From: Octopus vulgaris
Lineage: Eukaryota
Reading direction: 5' to 3'
Assembly: GCA_951406725.2 (NCBI GenBank)
Contig: OX597827.1
Span: forward strand, 23,622,001 to 23,686,000
DNA: 64,000 nucleotides
This document shows, piece after piece, positions 36,681-50,862 of this stretch. The notes beneath the pieces were generated by a model. It worked only from the letters and a program-made list of their open reading frames with translations, did no database searches and was not told the origin of the DNA. Numbering within the stretch: position 1 is the stretch's first letter; the number at the start of each line of letters is the position of its first letter. A program made the position numbers and the translations under genes.

Positions 36681-37359
36681 CATCGCATTCAGATATGACA
36701 TTAGTCACCAGAGGGAGCTGGAGTCGATGAGGAATCCTCTATGCAATTGCTACCTTCACTTGTTAGAGATATGAATTGCCAAATTCCTTCATCTCTCACC
36801 TTACCATCTAAAATAAAAGGGCACTTTCGATAATGTGGTCCTAGGTTCTCTGGACATAGGGAAAAGTTAAGATGGAGTGCTTTTGATCATAGGTCTGTTT
36901 AAGTTAGGTTTGGGGCTAAACAATGACAGCAACACCCTTTACAACAATTGCATAAGGGCCCCATCAACTACAGCACATTCCTTACTAAATATGATTGACA
37001 TCAACAAAGGCCCGACTTCGTTTCCACTATCCAATATCCTGGACACCCCCTTAATAAACCTACACACTTTCATCTACCAAATTCACTCAAGGCTTTCGTA
37101 AAATCCCTCACACTTTCATAAAATGGAATAAATGTCTGCTCTGAGAGGAAGGGGTCTAAAACTTGGAGCAGAACATCACGGGGGAAGGTGTGAGACTTGT
37201 CTTCGTGGCACAATAATTTATTCCACTTTGGGAAATTTTATTATTTACTGAAGCAAACTGATGCTGCTTTGCTCAATGTCAACTGTTTCATAGTTTTTCA
37301 GTTTTTTTAGCCTTTTACAGTGTACAAAAATAACACAGACAAAATTTGTGATTTTCTGC

Positions 37360-38400
37360 CTTCTTACTTGCTCTTTATTTAGCCTGAACCTACACGATGT
37401 TCCCACATCAGCCCAAAACATACACGCAACCCTCGAATGCAGATGACATCACATTCACATTCCTTCCCCTCCTCCTCTCAACAGACACTCTGCAATTATC
37501 CAGCTGCAACACAGCTCCAAAGCTATACGACTGACCTAGAAACCTGGATCCGAAACGAACGACAAATTGAAAGTAGCATCTAAGCAGACCTCCTGTCTTC
37601 CATTCTACGAGAGAACATCAAATATAACCAACCACCACATTCAACAGCATAAACATACCACAGCATACACAGAAGATAAAAATACCAGAATTTGCACAAT
37701 ACACAGCAGACAGAGAGATGTTATAGACAACCATATTACCAAAGAAAAGACTTGTTCAGGACAATTATATCTGGCCAGAAGATAGAAATGGCAACAGCAG
37801 GGTACAGACATACAGGCCAGTTCGTCAGCCTTGTCTGAACTCTTTATATCTGCACGATAAACCAGATTTAAAACAAAATAATCTATTTTGCATCAACCGC
37901 AGGTTGTACACAGAGCTCATCCGCAAACCACCTCCACCACGAAAGCAAAATACCAAAACTGGAGACCACCCCCTGGGCATGTGAGGCGTGCACAGCTTGT
38001 TGCTGTAACAGATTTGCAACACATACACAATCATTAACAGACATACAGACAGATCCACGATTACAACGTACAAGAACACTAATACAACATATCATCATCA
38101 TCATCATCATTAAATGTTCGCTTTCCATGCTGGCATTGTTTGGACAGCTCGACAGGGAACCGGCGAGCTGCAGGACTGTGTCAGGTTCCAGTGTCGTCTT
38201 TCGCATGTTTTCTATGGCCGGATGCTCTTCTTAACGCCAACCACTTTACAAAGTGTACTAGGTGCTTTTTACATGGCACAGGCACTAGTGAGGCTGCCAG
38301 AGTTTAACACTGTTGCAATATTCCGTAACCCTAATACGCTAGAACATTAATACAACACACCATTTACATTTATATAACATGCCATAACACATCATTGACT
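37360..38400 (+). pseudogene. Degraded I/Jockey-like LINE reverse transcriptase fragment
   Basis: SLFSLNLHDVPTSAQNIHAT..ADDITFT (YADD), ATQLQSYTTDLETWIRN, LKVASKQT, TAGCTQSSSANHLHHESKIPKLE. Confidence 0.65.
38090..38340 (-). mobile_element. Family C retroposon inserted into the LINE relic, 17-bp TSD
   Basis: agaacactaatacaaca (38073-38089) / agaacattaatacaaca (38341-38357). Confidence 0.8.
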
Positions 38401-38730
38401 CTATACTTTAACTCAGACAATCATAGACACATGCGCTCAAACAACACACCCTTATCTATTTAGATATATAGATTAAATATCTACCGGCTCAAAGGGAAGC
38501 TACTTCTAGGAGCTTTCAAAAAGGCAGTCACACAATCATATGTTCAACTTCAGTTCAAACCGGAATTTTAGTGCCATACCAATTTGAGCACTCGGTGGAT
38601 GCCAATTAGTTTGAGTTACCCTGTTGAAAACTCCTCGCATCTTTTAGATATAGATGTATGTAGGTTTCATACTAGTGCACGAAACTCAAGGCCCTTGAGT
38701 ATTACGAAACACATACATATATATACATTT

Positions 38731-38937
<207 letters not shown>

Positions 38938-39278
38938 CACACATATGCATATACACATACGTATGCACACCCAGAAACACACACACATACACGTGTGTGT
39001 GTGTGTGTGTGTGTGTGATATATGATTTGCTGAAGAATGAAATAAATTTGCCCCCACGCAACTGTCTTAGATGTCTCCAAAAATGTTGGAGCGAGCGTGA
39101 TCATATTTTTATCTCTTGTCTGTATTCATATCTGAGTTATATCTCCCACTATTGCTAATCTTGCACCAGTGTTCATTCTTCAACCTCGACATGAAATTAT
39201 CGTGAATCTAACACCTCCCCACTCCTTCACCAACATAACACTTCTCCGACACCGGCTTATCATCATCTCTTATCTTCC

Positions 39279-39332
<54 letters not shown>

Positions 39333-39452
39333 ATATATATATATAGCTATCTCTCGATCTCTAAAAAGATTGTCTAACAATCTATCACAATTATATTTTA
39401 GCTACTCCTCTTTCTCCCCTTTCTTCAAATATATGTGTGTGTGTGTGTTTGT

Positions 39453-39680
39453 TGGTTTCAAATTTTGGCACAAGGCCAGCAATTTCGAGGAGGGGACAAG
39501 TCGACTACATTGACCCTAGTACTTAACTAGAACTTATTTTATCGACCCCACTACACAAATGGTACTTTGTTTTATCAACCCCTGACAGGATAAAAAGCAA
39601 ATTTGACCTCGGCGGAATTTGAACTCTGTACGTCCGAAGGAAACCTTGCTTAGCTAACGATTCTACCAGCTCACCATCTT
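39453..39680 (-). mobile_element. SINE family A relative, degraded
   Basis: ttttggcacaaggccagcaattt..gacctcggcggaatttgaactc..ctaacgattctaccagctcacc. Confidence 0.7.
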
Positions 39681-39709
39681 AAATATGTGTGTGTGGGGTG
39701 TGGGGTGTT

Positions 39710-39861
39710 GATCAAAACAGTTTGTTTCAAATTGGCTGGTACTCTCGAGTTTCAAGCGCGTGATGCCAGTCGTCAGCCATTTTGAATTTGAAATGGCTGA
39801 CGACTGGCATCACGCTTGAAACTCAAAAGTACCAACGAATTTGAATCAAACTCTTTTGATC
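39710..39861. repeat. Near-perfect spacerless palindrome (~75-bp arms)
   Basis: gagtttcaagcgcgtgatgccagtcgtcagccattt vs aaatggctgacgactggcatcacgcttgaaactc, extending to gatcaaaa / ttttgatc. Confidence 0.85.
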
Positions 39862-39900
39862 CATACATGTAACCCCCTTCTTTAGTTTGTTCACTGACTC

Positions 39901-39972
<72 letters not shown>

Positions 39973-40127
39973 CTTTCATTTGTTTCAGTCATTTAACTGC
40001 GGCCGTGCTGGACCACTTATTCCATCGGTTCTCTTTTGCAGAACCGCTAAGTTACGGGGACGTAACACACCAACATCGATTGTCAAGTGATGTGAGGGGA
40101 CACACGCACACAAACACGAATACATAC

Positions 40128-40168
<41 letters not shown>

Positions 40169-40805
40169 CTAGCAGTATCGCCCGGCGTTGCTCGGGTTTG
40201 TAAGGGAAATAACTATATAAGCATTTTTAGAGAGTTATAGCCAAAAAATAGCAAAAAATGCATTAAAAATGGAAAAAATATGATGGTAAATTTTTTGAAA
40301 AATCGTTGACTCATCGTAGACATTTTCAGAGAGTTACTTCCCTTATATAATAGCGAAAAAATACATTAAAATGGAAAAAAAACGATGGGAAATTTTTTTT
40401 TAAATCGTAGACTCATGTAGACGCTTTCTTAGCCATTTCTGTTTTGGTGTCTTCAAGTCATGAAGTCGTTGTTCTAAAAGAACGCTGGTCTCCTTGACAA
40501 CGCATTACGACGTTGATTTCCTTACACTCCCTTCCCCACAGGTGCAGGTGTGAGCGTGGACGCCAACTCTGCCACCATCGACACACGAAAAATTATGCAT
40601 TAAAATGGAATAAAAAATGATGTTAAATTATTTTTAAAATCGTAGACTCATCGTAGACGCGCGCTAATACTCAGACGGGCTCGATATGAATCACGACTAT
40701 AAGCTACCCGAATTTGGTTAAACTGCACCGCAAAATGTGGGAGTAGTTAGGAATGTAAATCGAAGGGGACAGACACTCACACAACTACAGTTTTATATAT
40801 ATAGA
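40169..40805 (-). mobile_element. Non-autonomous Helitron
   Basis: Minus strand A|TC..CTAG|T; same 3' hairpin end as 35050-35436; internal ~70-bp repeats. Confidence 0.8.
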
Positions 40806-40825
40806 TATACATAGCGCAGTAGTGG

Positions 40826-41260
40826 TGAGATGTGACAGCAAAGAAAAGCATACATTCACTCTCTGCATGCAATTAGACTCGGAAAGTTCGTGAGGAACCC
40901 ATTGACCCAATTTGCTGACTTTTCCGATAGCACACAGGTCTCAATGAATGGTTGAATGACCAAATCCAAGCTTCTCTGCTAGTTCCTCAACAGTTACGAT
41001 GAGATTTTGTTCCACCAGGGTTTTCAGGATGTCCTTGTCGAGTTCTACAGATCTTTCAGGATGAGGCTCGTCTTCTAGGCTGTTCCAATATAGCTTTGAA
41101 AAAAATAGCTGTTAAAATCGAAATGCACTCTTCAAAACTTGCACTATGAATAAGGACAAGATAAAATTACTACCTGCTTTTATAGCAAGTTAATATAAGT
41201 AGTTTATCCCATTCCCCTCTGACTTTTAGTTCAAGCTGTTGAAAAAACTGCATTATTATA
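40826..41260 (-). pseudogene. Mariner transposase N-terminal fragment
   Basis: SLEDEPHPERSVELDKDILKTLVEQNLIVTVEELAEKLGFGHSTIH*DLCAIGKVSKLGQWVPHELSE (WVPHEL motif). Confidence 0.85.
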
Positions 41261-41266
41261 TATACA

Positions 41267-41660
41267 CTAGCATTATCGCCCGGCGTTGCTCGGGTTTGTA
41301 AGGGAAATAACTATAAAGCATTTTTAGAGAGTTATAGCCAAAATATAGCAAAAAAATGCATTAAAAATTGAAAAAAAATTAAGGTAAATTTTTTTTAAAT
41401 CGTTGACACATCGTAGATATTTTTAGAGAGTTACTTCCCTTATATAAAAGCGAAAAAAATGCATTAAAATGGAAAAATATGATGGTAAATTTTTTTTAAA
41501 TCGGAGACTCATCGTAGACGCACGCTAATACCCAGAAGGGCTCGATATGAATCACGACTATAAGATACCCGCTTTTGGTTAAACTGCACCGCAAAATGTG
41601 GGAGTAGTTAGGAATCTAAATCGTAGGAGACAGACACACAACTTCACTCTTATATAAAGA
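41267..41660 (-). mobile_element. Non-autonomous Helitron, shorter relative of 40169-40805
   Basis: Same termini and body, lacking the ~200-bp central segment. Confidence 0.8.
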
Positions 41661-41669
41661 TGCTTTTTT

Positions 41670-41900
41670 TTTTCAGTCATAGAGTTAGATTTATGAAGGT
41701 CTTCAGTAGAAAATCCTTCGAATTCTGACTCGCTGCTTGATATAATGAAATTCGTATCCATTTTTTGTCAGAATTACAAATTTTGAAAACACAATAGGAA
41801 ATGAGTAAAATAAAAACCAACTTACCTTTTCTGTCCGTCCGTGTGTCTTTGCAAATGTATTGGAATGATAAGTGAGTTGTGATTTGGCGCCTGTTTTACT
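41670..41900 (-). mobile_element. Possible piggyBac-type transposase 5' remnant
   Basis: MDTNFIISSSESEFEGFSTEDL (S.SEFEGF-type acidic N-terminus) with an upstream AAG|gtaagt donor near 41825. Confidence 0.35.
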
Positions 41901-42259
41901 AATAACAAACACACACGTGTTTGTATGTAGTTGTATGTAGTTGTATATGTATGTGTATGCGTGTGTGTGAGGAATGACACACACACACTCACGCACGCAC
42001 ACATGTACATCAATGCTTTCGGAGTGATATGTTAAAATATTGAGTTTTCTCGAATTTTGTCTTAATTGGTGGTAAAATTGAAAGAAATTTTTTATGGCAT
42101 CACCCACTGAAGTACTCTGAAAAATCTTAGGTAAACTCTAATTGAAGAAATTGTGTATTTATTTGTTTCTGTTTGCTGTGTTTTTTTATTTTTTGAGTAG
42201 TGGTTTAAATACTTTCACTTTAGTCTTCCTCAAATCACTCTGTCGCTATTTACTTTCAT

Positions 42260-42524
42260 TTTATTCGTCGCACACTGTGTGTGTGCGTTTGCGTGTGGTG
42301 TAAACCAGACTAAGAAAAGCATTTGACACACACACCAGAATGTGAGTTTTCTGTAAATTTTGCTTAATTGGAGTTTAAATTTTAAAAACTGGACCTGGCA
42401 TGACGCGATGCATTGTACTCTTAAAAATGCTAGGTAAATTGTAATTGAAGAAATCCTATATTGTAGATTTGTATAACTCCCAAAGGGAGGCAGATAAAAT
42501 CTGCCTTTTATAATAAGAGATACA

Positions 42525-42556
<32 letters not shown>

Positions 42557-42774
42557 CACACACACTCTCTCTCTCACACATGCACACATTTATATTCTGT
42601 TATTCTTTTATATGTGTCAGCCTTGAGGTTGTGGCCATGCTGGATCATGTGTGTGTGTGTGTGTGTCTATCTGTCTGTCTGTCTGTATGTATATATGTAT
42701 ATGTATGTGTGTGAACAATAATATTTTCAACAGATGTGTTGCAAATGTATCTGATTGTTCTCAAGCTTCAATAC

Positions 42775-42809
<35 letters not shown>

Positions 42810-42870
42810 ATGTATGTACGTATATGTATGTATGTATGTATGTGTGTATGTATGTGTGTGTATGTATGTA

Positions 42871-42907
<37 letters not shown>

Positions 42908-43371
42908 ATGTATGTATGTATGAGTGTATGTTTACTTTATTACTAACACAAGCCACTACGGTTATTTATGTAAAGTCTTCCTCAAATCACTATCTCTGGC
43001 TATTTACTCTCTTCCAAGAACATTTTCACTCACACTTATGTGTTAGCTTCCCATACATTTTACTCATGTATCTATCAGCGTGATAGAGAGAAACAAATAT
43101 TACATCTAGTTTCACTTTATTCGTTGCCCACTGTGTGTGTGCGTTTGCGTGTGGTGTAAACCAGACTAAGAAAAGCATTTGACACACACACCAGAATGTG
43201 AGTTTTCTGTAAATTTTGCTAAATTGGAGTTTAAATTTTAAAAACTGGGCCTGGCATGACGCGATGCATTGTACTCTTAAAATTGCTAGGTAAATTGTAA
43301 TTGAAGAAATCCTATATTGTAGATTTGTATAACTCCCAAAGGGAGGCAGATAAAATCTGCCTTTTATAATA

Positions 43372-43373
<2 letters not shown>
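42260..43373 (-). mobile_element. Tandem duplicate (~260 bp at 42260-42520 and 43117-43373) with Helitron-like 5' ends
   Basis: Near-identical units, each starting TCttattataaaaggcagattttatctgcc on the minus strand; diverged third unit at ~42020-42160. Confidence 0.65.
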
Positions 43374-43421
<48 letters not shown>

Positions 43422-43481
43422 GGCGGGCTTCTTTCAGTTTCTGTCCATCAAATCCACTCGCAAGGCTGGGCCACCGACAAG

Positions 43482-43579
<98 letters not shown>

Positions 43580-43922
43580 ACCAAGATAAGCCTAATGATT
43601 GAAAATTCACACAAGATCTGAATTTTACGACATTCATAATTAAGAAATTTAAGTTTACAAGCTTTCATTTTGTTTTGTACCACAATCTGCCAACCCCACC
43701 CAAAAAAGAAAGAAATTCACTAGCCATGTATATATAACCTTTGACATTTTGCTCATCCAGCAGAATTGGAAGACTGACAGCTGCCTGCCAGGACCAACAG
43801 CTGACGTACTAAATACAGACCAGGAAGACAAAGATGAACATATGAAATTAATCAAACGTTCTGACAGTATGTGTGTTGGACAAATTGAAACGTTGATCTT
43901 GTAGGGAACTAGTGTACAATTT

Positions 43923-44085
43923 TAGTGGTGGCTGTGTGGTAAGAAGTTTGATTCCCAACCACGTAGTTCCGGGTTCAATCCCACCGTGTGGTACCTTGGG
44001 CAAGTGTTTTCTGCTGTAGCCCTGGGATGTTCAAAGCCTTGTGAGTGGATTTGGCAGTCGGAAACGCAAAGAAACCTATTTGTGT
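43923..44085 (+). mobile_element. SINE family B 5' part
   Basis: gtggctgtgtggtaagaagtttg...ggtaccttgggcaagtg. Confidence 0.8.
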
Positions 44086-44163
44086 GTGTGTGCAATGTAC
44101 CACATGGCATATTTCTGAGTCTCCAAAGATTCTACTAATTTACTGCCCGAACAACAATTTAAA

Positions 44164-44412
44164 GGTACGAGTACTACTTGAGAACAGTGGTCCCGGTGCG
44201 CGTATTCGCGCATCCGCGCTAGCTAGTCATGACTAGTCGATCCTTACTTTGTGTTTTTGTGTGTTATTTACTTTGTGTAACACAAAATTATTTATTTTGT
44301 GTTTTATTTACTTTGCTAGGTAGTCGTTGTAGTATCGATAGTCACTACTAGCTAGCGCGGATACGCGAGTGCCCGAGTGTGCGCACCGGGACCACTGTTC
44401 TCAAGTAGTACC
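44164..44412. mobile_element. MITE family M2 copy 2, 9-bp TSD
   Basis: TIR gtactacttgagaacagtggtcccggtgcgc; TSD caatttaaa at 44155-44163 and 44413-44421. Confidence 0.9.
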
Positions 44413-44468
44413 CAATTTAAACAGATTTTTCACCGTCTCGTGTTAGTACTTTCCCTCCAACATACACA

Positions 44469-44519
<51 letters not shown>

Positions 44520-44520
<1 letters not shown>

Positions 44521-44657
44521 CACAAACAAACATCAACAGTCGATCATCGTCTGCTCCTTCCAAACGTAATCTCTTCTGCCCCTTTCACCCACATCTACTC
44601 CCACCCTTACTCCTTCTTCAATCCCAACTACTTGACCCACTACTTCCTCTTCTCGCT

Positions 44658-44660
<3 letters not shown>
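44520..44660 (+). repeat. (CA)n-associated dispersed repeat, second copy at ~58515-58640
   Basis: atcaacagtcgatcatcgtctgct.cttcca.acgtaa.ctcttc...acatctactcccacc in both. Confidence 0.75.
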
Positions 44661-44699
<39 letters not shown>

Positions 44700-45185
44700 C
44701 TATGCTACACGTCGGTATATTTAGTGTGTGTTAAGTAACTAAACCTTGAAACCCATTCCAAGGTTTCCCGCTGGTATCCGGGTGGTTATTATTCCTCCAC
44801 GTGGAAATGAGAGTTATCTTTCGTTGACACACTCTCTCCCTCTCTCTCTCTCAGTTACATATCTCCAACAACCTACCACTTCTCTGTTAACCTTACTCCT
44901 CCTCCTCATTCTCTCTCTCCCCTCCTTCTCTCTCCCTCTTCCCCCTCTCTCGCTCCCTCTCTTCTACTTAACAGGTTTATTTCTTAGACGACATATGTTG
45001 GTCCCATTGATATATATATATTACAACTTGCTGCTGCAGATTTCAAAACTCGGTTCATATGTTTCATAACAAGCTTTACTAGTCTTCTCTCTTTCCCCAT
45101 TCCCCCTCTCTCCCCTATCCTTTCACTTTCTCATCTGCTCTCTCCCTCCGCTCCCCTTCTCTCTCCCCCTCGCTCTCTCTCCCTC

Positions 45186-45216
<31 letters not shown>

Positions 45217-45293
45217 TTCTCTCTCATGTGTGTCTCACTTTGTGTTTCACAAATTGTCCTACTTAATATCCACATCATTCTATCTATCTATCT

Positions 45294-45339
<46 letters not shown>

Positions 45340-45344
45340 CTCTA

Positions 45345-45397
<53 letters not shown>

Positions 45398-45406
45398 CTA
45401 TGTATG

Positions 45407-45471
<65 letters not shown>

Positions 45472-45846
45472 GTCTGTCTGTCTATATCTGCCTCATTCTG
45501 TATCTCATTGTTTCTTTATTCATCCACAATTTCTCTACTCCTCCTCTCTCAGACAGACAGATAGACAAATAGATGGATGGATGGATGATATATAGACAGA
45601 TAGATAGACAGATATATAGATACGTACATACATACATACATAGACAGACTGACAGATAGATAGATAGATGGATGGATGGATAGATATAAACAGAAAAGGC
45701 AAGCCAAAATCACAGTTGCGTTAGATTCATGTTCAGAGGAGTCTCTTAAACGTTTCGGACGTACACAGTTCATCTCTTTCTCACTCTGCTCCTCGTTTTC
45801 CCTTCTCTCTCCTCTCTTTTTCCTAACACACGCGCGCGCATACACA

Positions 45847-45881
<35 letters not shown>

Positions 45882-46513
45882 CCTCTCTTTATCTCTCTAT
45901 ATTTATGTATCATACACACGCGCACACTCTCAGATAAGTGGTATCGTTACGCACACATCATCAGTCGATTATAAAAGCCAATGAATAAATACCGCCATTT
46001 GGGTATTTGGCTATAAAATATATGGGAAACGATAACAGTTTGTTTCTGCATCTGTCACACACACCTCCATCATCATATCGCCAGCAAAATAAACATCAGC
46101 ATCATCGTCTCCCCACCACCAACACATTATTCCCCATCATCATCACAATGAGACAGATTCTGCAGACATCGCTTGTCCGGCTAGAAAGAGTAATGAAATC
46201 CTTCTCAGGAAAGAACATGCTGGGAAGATGGTCCTGAGTTCCCTGAACATATTTAGGTTCCCGTAACCTAGCGGTTCGGCAAAAAGATCGATAGAATAAG
46301 TACTGGGCTTTAAAAAAATCCTGGGATCGATTTATTCGAGTAAAAACCCTTTAAGGCGGTACTCCAGCATGGCCGCAGTTAAATGACTGAAACAAGTAAA
46401 ACAATGGCTCGGAAAAGACCTTTGATCTTTTTCAGACTGTGGAGAAAATGGCTAAAATTTGCCCTGTTTATAATTATACCATATGTTATATATATATACA
46501 TGTATGTATGTAT

Positions 46514-46610
<97 letters not shown>

Positions 46611-46731
46611 AATAAGAAAATGGAGGGATCAATAGGTGGTATTCATCAACTTCTAGACATTATATTATGTCAATTTATTTATTTATGTACTGAAAGAATA
46701 ATTAACACACAGGAATAGAAATTGGGATAAT

Positions 46732-46855
46732 ATCTTACAGCTGTTTCAGCCAAGAGGCAAAAATACCTCATTCTACCTTTATTCCTCCAGTAGACTGAAG
46801 TAATTAGTAGATGAAATTGAAGTACTTGGGTGTTTCTCTAGGCTTCGTCAGAGAT
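46732..46855 (-). ncRNA. Type I hammerhead ribozyme, intact core, long helix II insert
   Basis: AUCU CUGACGA AGCCUAGAG-(~80 nt)-CUCUUGGCU GAAA CAGCUG UA AGAU: 4-bp stem I (extendable), 8/9-bp stem II, palindromic stem III ACAGCUGU, GUA site; predicted cut between 46736 and 46735. Confidence 0.8.
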
Positions 46856-46988
46856 TTTAGAAAGTACATAAGGTTAAGTTATAAATATAAATACACACAC
46901 ATATGCATACTTATACATATACATAAATACATATACCTACACTTAAATGTACATGCATATTTGCATATATATGCATACAAAAGAATCA

Positions 46989-47021
<33 letters not shown>

Positions 47022-47038
47022 TATTATTATTATTATTA

Positions 47039-47105
<67 letters not shown>

Positions 47106-47268
47106 GATGCATTATATTGTTCATATTAGATAAAATATAAACACAGAGGTATGAGAAAGTTATAAGATGAATAATATTGTAATTTATAAAAGCAATATAT
47201 CTTAAAGTTATTTCAGTTGTGCAAGAATGAAACTGCATATACTTGAGGAACATACATATATATTTCAG

Positions 47269-47334
<66 letters not shown>

Positions 47335-47383
47335 ATACTCCGTTATGCCAGACACTTGATGAACCGGACGAAATCTGATTTAA

Positions 47384-47610
47384 TCCATTAAGTCCTAGAG
47401 TACTTAAATTTCTTAATATTACTTTTAAAATTTTTACAGATGATTGAAAATGGGTTAAAAAGAAAAAAAAAATAACTATTAAAACTCCTTTACTTCAAGT
47501 AGAAATGGAAATACTCGGTGCCCTATAAATAGGACACTGGGACAATGTGATATAGCTTATTTTATGTTCTCATTTAGCGTCCTATTTATAGGACAGTGGA
47601 ACTTAATGGC
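47384..47610. mobile_element. Possible piggyBac-type MITE remnant
   Basis: TTAA on both flanks, short TIR ccattaagt / acttaatgg, internal IR cctataaataggac / gtcctatttatagg. Confidence 0.45.
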
Positions 47611-49429
47611 TTAAAAGACCGATTATCAATGTTTATCAGTGTTGTGTCGTTCTACAATATTTCAGCGATTAAGCATCGTGCAGCTTTATATTTTATATCA
47701 TAGCTTCAATAGAGGATAATAATCTAAAGAAAAATGGATGTGAACTCGTCTTTGAACCAGAAACTGGAACATGGTCATCAGTTGCATATGAATATGGTCG
47801 AAACATCTACGCCTAAGAGGCCCCTGTTCATAGTGCAAGCCTGGAAAATGGTTGTTTTTCCCCCCTCTTTTCAATGGAAAGCTTGCAGTTGCCCACGCAT
47901 GCAAGTCTACCCTCTCCTCGTGCCACAAGTGTTGTCCCAGAGAGATGCGAAACCGATACAGTTTGGCTCCAGTGTCGTCGCAGGAGTTGCCTTCACAACA
48001 TGAGCCATGCCAGGCGATGCAAGGCATTCACCAACTCACATCTCTGGACTGGTACTTTATTTATCGATCCCCCCAAAAGAAGGAAACAAATGTTGAAGTT
48101 GGTCTGATTCGAACTCTTGACTATCGGAACAAATACTACGAAGATTTGCATCCAACAATTTAACCACTTCCCTAGTTCGCCGTCCTATCAAGATGATCTT
48201 TACAAGCAGTTTCTGAGCACAAATACACTGCATTTTCCGTGAAATATAATGTTTGTACAAATGATAAATCTTCATACGTTAATGTCGGAAAGCATGAGAG
48301 AGTTACTGAAGATACAAAGCATTAACAGAAGTGGGTTTTCTTCATCAACACTCATGTGATGATAACATCCGTGGAGTAGAAATTCATAATTTTACTGAGT
48401 CAGAATGACAAGTTCTCACCTCCACTTGTATGGCTGCTATCGCCCGCGCTCTAACTTCGTCTGGCATCCACAACAGTTAAATGGAATTAATAATTTAATG
48501 TTGCATTGGTAGAGTCGTTAGAGCGTCGTTCCTGTATTTATTTCAGCTTCCTGTGCTCTGAGTTCAAATCCTGCCGAAATCAACTTTGCCTTTCATCCTC
48601 TCGGGAAGGATAAATAAGGTTCCAGTCTTGTACTGAGGCGAAGTTTTCTTCTTCTTCTTCTTCTTCTTCTTCTTCTTCTTCTTCTTCTTCTTCTTCTTCT
48701 TTTCTTGGACCTGAACAGGAAGGGGCTAGATTTATATGTCCAAATTACACCGTTGCAGCTGTTTTGTCCCTGGTCAAGCCTGCTTAAGTAGACACAGCAA
48801 AATATATTCCAACTGCAACCACCCTTTTTTTTTCTTGTGTTGTTTTTATCTAAGATGTAGGGTAGCTTTTAAGGAAGACTTGGCTGCTATTTCTAACAAA
48901 CCGAATTGCCATGTAAAGGAGGCCTGCTCAGAGGAATACATCTGATGGCGTTGTTGGTAGTGTGTGTGTGTGTGTGTGTGTGTGTAGATGGAATAGATGG
49001 TGGTGGTGGTGTGTGCGTTAGTCCTAGTGGAGTGACTGTACATGATGTGTAGTAATGTAGATGCGCACAGTGTATACTATTCGTGTGTGTATGTGTTTGA
49101 GTGTTGAGAGAGAGAGATAGAGACCACCATCGTTTGAAATTTATCAGTGATATTTTTTTGATCGCAGGCAATGATTAAACTTTGATAAGAATATGTGTGT
49201 GTGTGTGTGTGTGTAATTTATTAAATGCACTTTAATCTCTGTTAAAACTCCTTTACACCAAATGAGAACCAAGTAAATATTATTCTAATACAATATGATT
49301 AACTCTAGATTTTTTTTATCTAAAAATTACTGTTGTGTGTTTATCTTGTGTATCCCCCACCAACTGATATATATATATATTAATTTTTAACCAAATTTTC
49401 CTGTCACCATTTCAAACACATCCCATATT

Positions 49430-50011
49430 TATCTTTTACTTGTTTCAGTCGTTGTATTGCGGCCATGCTGGGGCACCGCCTTGAAGGTTTTAGTCTCAAC
49501 CATTTTTTTTAAATCTAAGCACCCCTTTGATTACTGTTCTACTCTGGTGGCCCTCCATAGCTATTCCATGTTTAAAAATTAAATTTATGAATATTTCTTC
49601 CAAAATTCCTATTTTGTTTTAAAGAAATTTAGCTGTTTTTTGCAATAAATGCATCAAAAACACAATTTTTTCAAAGACCCTTAAAATAATAGTTTGAACC
49701 CCCGATTTACTATTTTGCTTATGTAGAATACCACTACCCACCTCAAAAAAAATCTTATATGGATTTCGGTTGAGAACTACTGGTTTAGTCGAGCCACTAA
49801 GTTACGGGGGCGTAAACTAACCAACAGCGGTGGAGCGGAGACAAACATAAAGACATACACACACGGTGGGCTTCGTTCAGTTTCCGTCTACTAGATCCAC
49901 TCAGAAGGAATTTGGTCGGCCCAAGGTTATAGTAGGTGCCGCACAATTGAACTGAACCCAGGACCACATGGTTGGAAAGCACATTTCTCAACAACACAGT
50001 TGCGCCTGCGT
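49430..50011 (-). mobile_element. SINE family B, split by an AT-rich insertion (~49500-49785)
   Basis: 3' module at 49430-49495; remainder at 49786-50011. Confidence 0.7.
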
Positions 50012-50796
50012 CTAATATCCTACCAAATTTGTTTCGATATTATTTCTGATGAATTTTAAAGAAGAAACTGCACTAAAATACCATTCCTAAAAATGTTCAC
50101 CGTTTGCTTTCTTCCTCTGCAACTTCAGTTTCGAGTAATTTGGAACTCTTATGAATTCATAGTTACAGCCTTTGCAGAAAATGCATTTCTTCCGATTTTT
50201 TAAATTCTATTTATTCATTTATTTTGTGTGTGTCTGTTCTAAGTTCCAAATCCTGTGGGGCAGTTTGCCTTTCAATCATTTCTGACAGAAGGTTTCACCG
50301 GAATTGATGATGATGAAACTGCATAATTTCATCCATCCAGGCTCCTAGTTATATATCTCCTAGTGATAGCATGGATATTTCTAAAATTGCAGTTGAGGTA
50401 CACTACTACAACGAAGTAGAACCCAACAATATCAAATGAAAAACCACAGGGACGCGTTTGATATCCGACGGGTGGGCTTCCTGGGTACAGGACATTACCA
50501 ACTGTGTAAACAACATGAAAGTACAAAAACAATAAATTTTGGAATTTATAGGAGCAACTGTCTTCGAAGACTCATATTATCGTTGATTCCTCGAAATAAG
50601 GAGTAGATAGACAGCCGACAACTGATGAAGGGTCGTTCTTTGTGTCACATGCTTTGTTTTCCATTTTTCTCTCATTGTTGGCGTATTTAACTCGTTTTTG
50701 TACTTCATGTTGTTTACAGTTTGTGAGTCCTGTACCCATTTATGCATATATATTTATATATATATATACACACACGCGCATATTATTATTGTTATT

Positions 50797-50859
<63 letters not shown>

Positions 50860-50862
<3 letters not shown>

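Noticed and set aside
43761-43866. Possible plus-strand exon (QNWKTDSCLPGPTADVLNTDQEDKDEHMKLIKRSD)
   Set aside because: Moderate acceptor, weak donor (A|gtatgt) and no recognisable homology; unsupported without RNA data
48356-48400. C box (GTGATGA) ... D box (CTGA) snoRNA-like pair
   Set aside because: Too short and no terminal stem
50046-50075. CTGATGA...GAAA
   Set aside because: No stable stem II or III; expected by chance in AT-rich DNA
50588-50650. CGAAA...CTGATGA in type II hammerhead order
   Set aside because: Stems I and III cannot be formed convincingly
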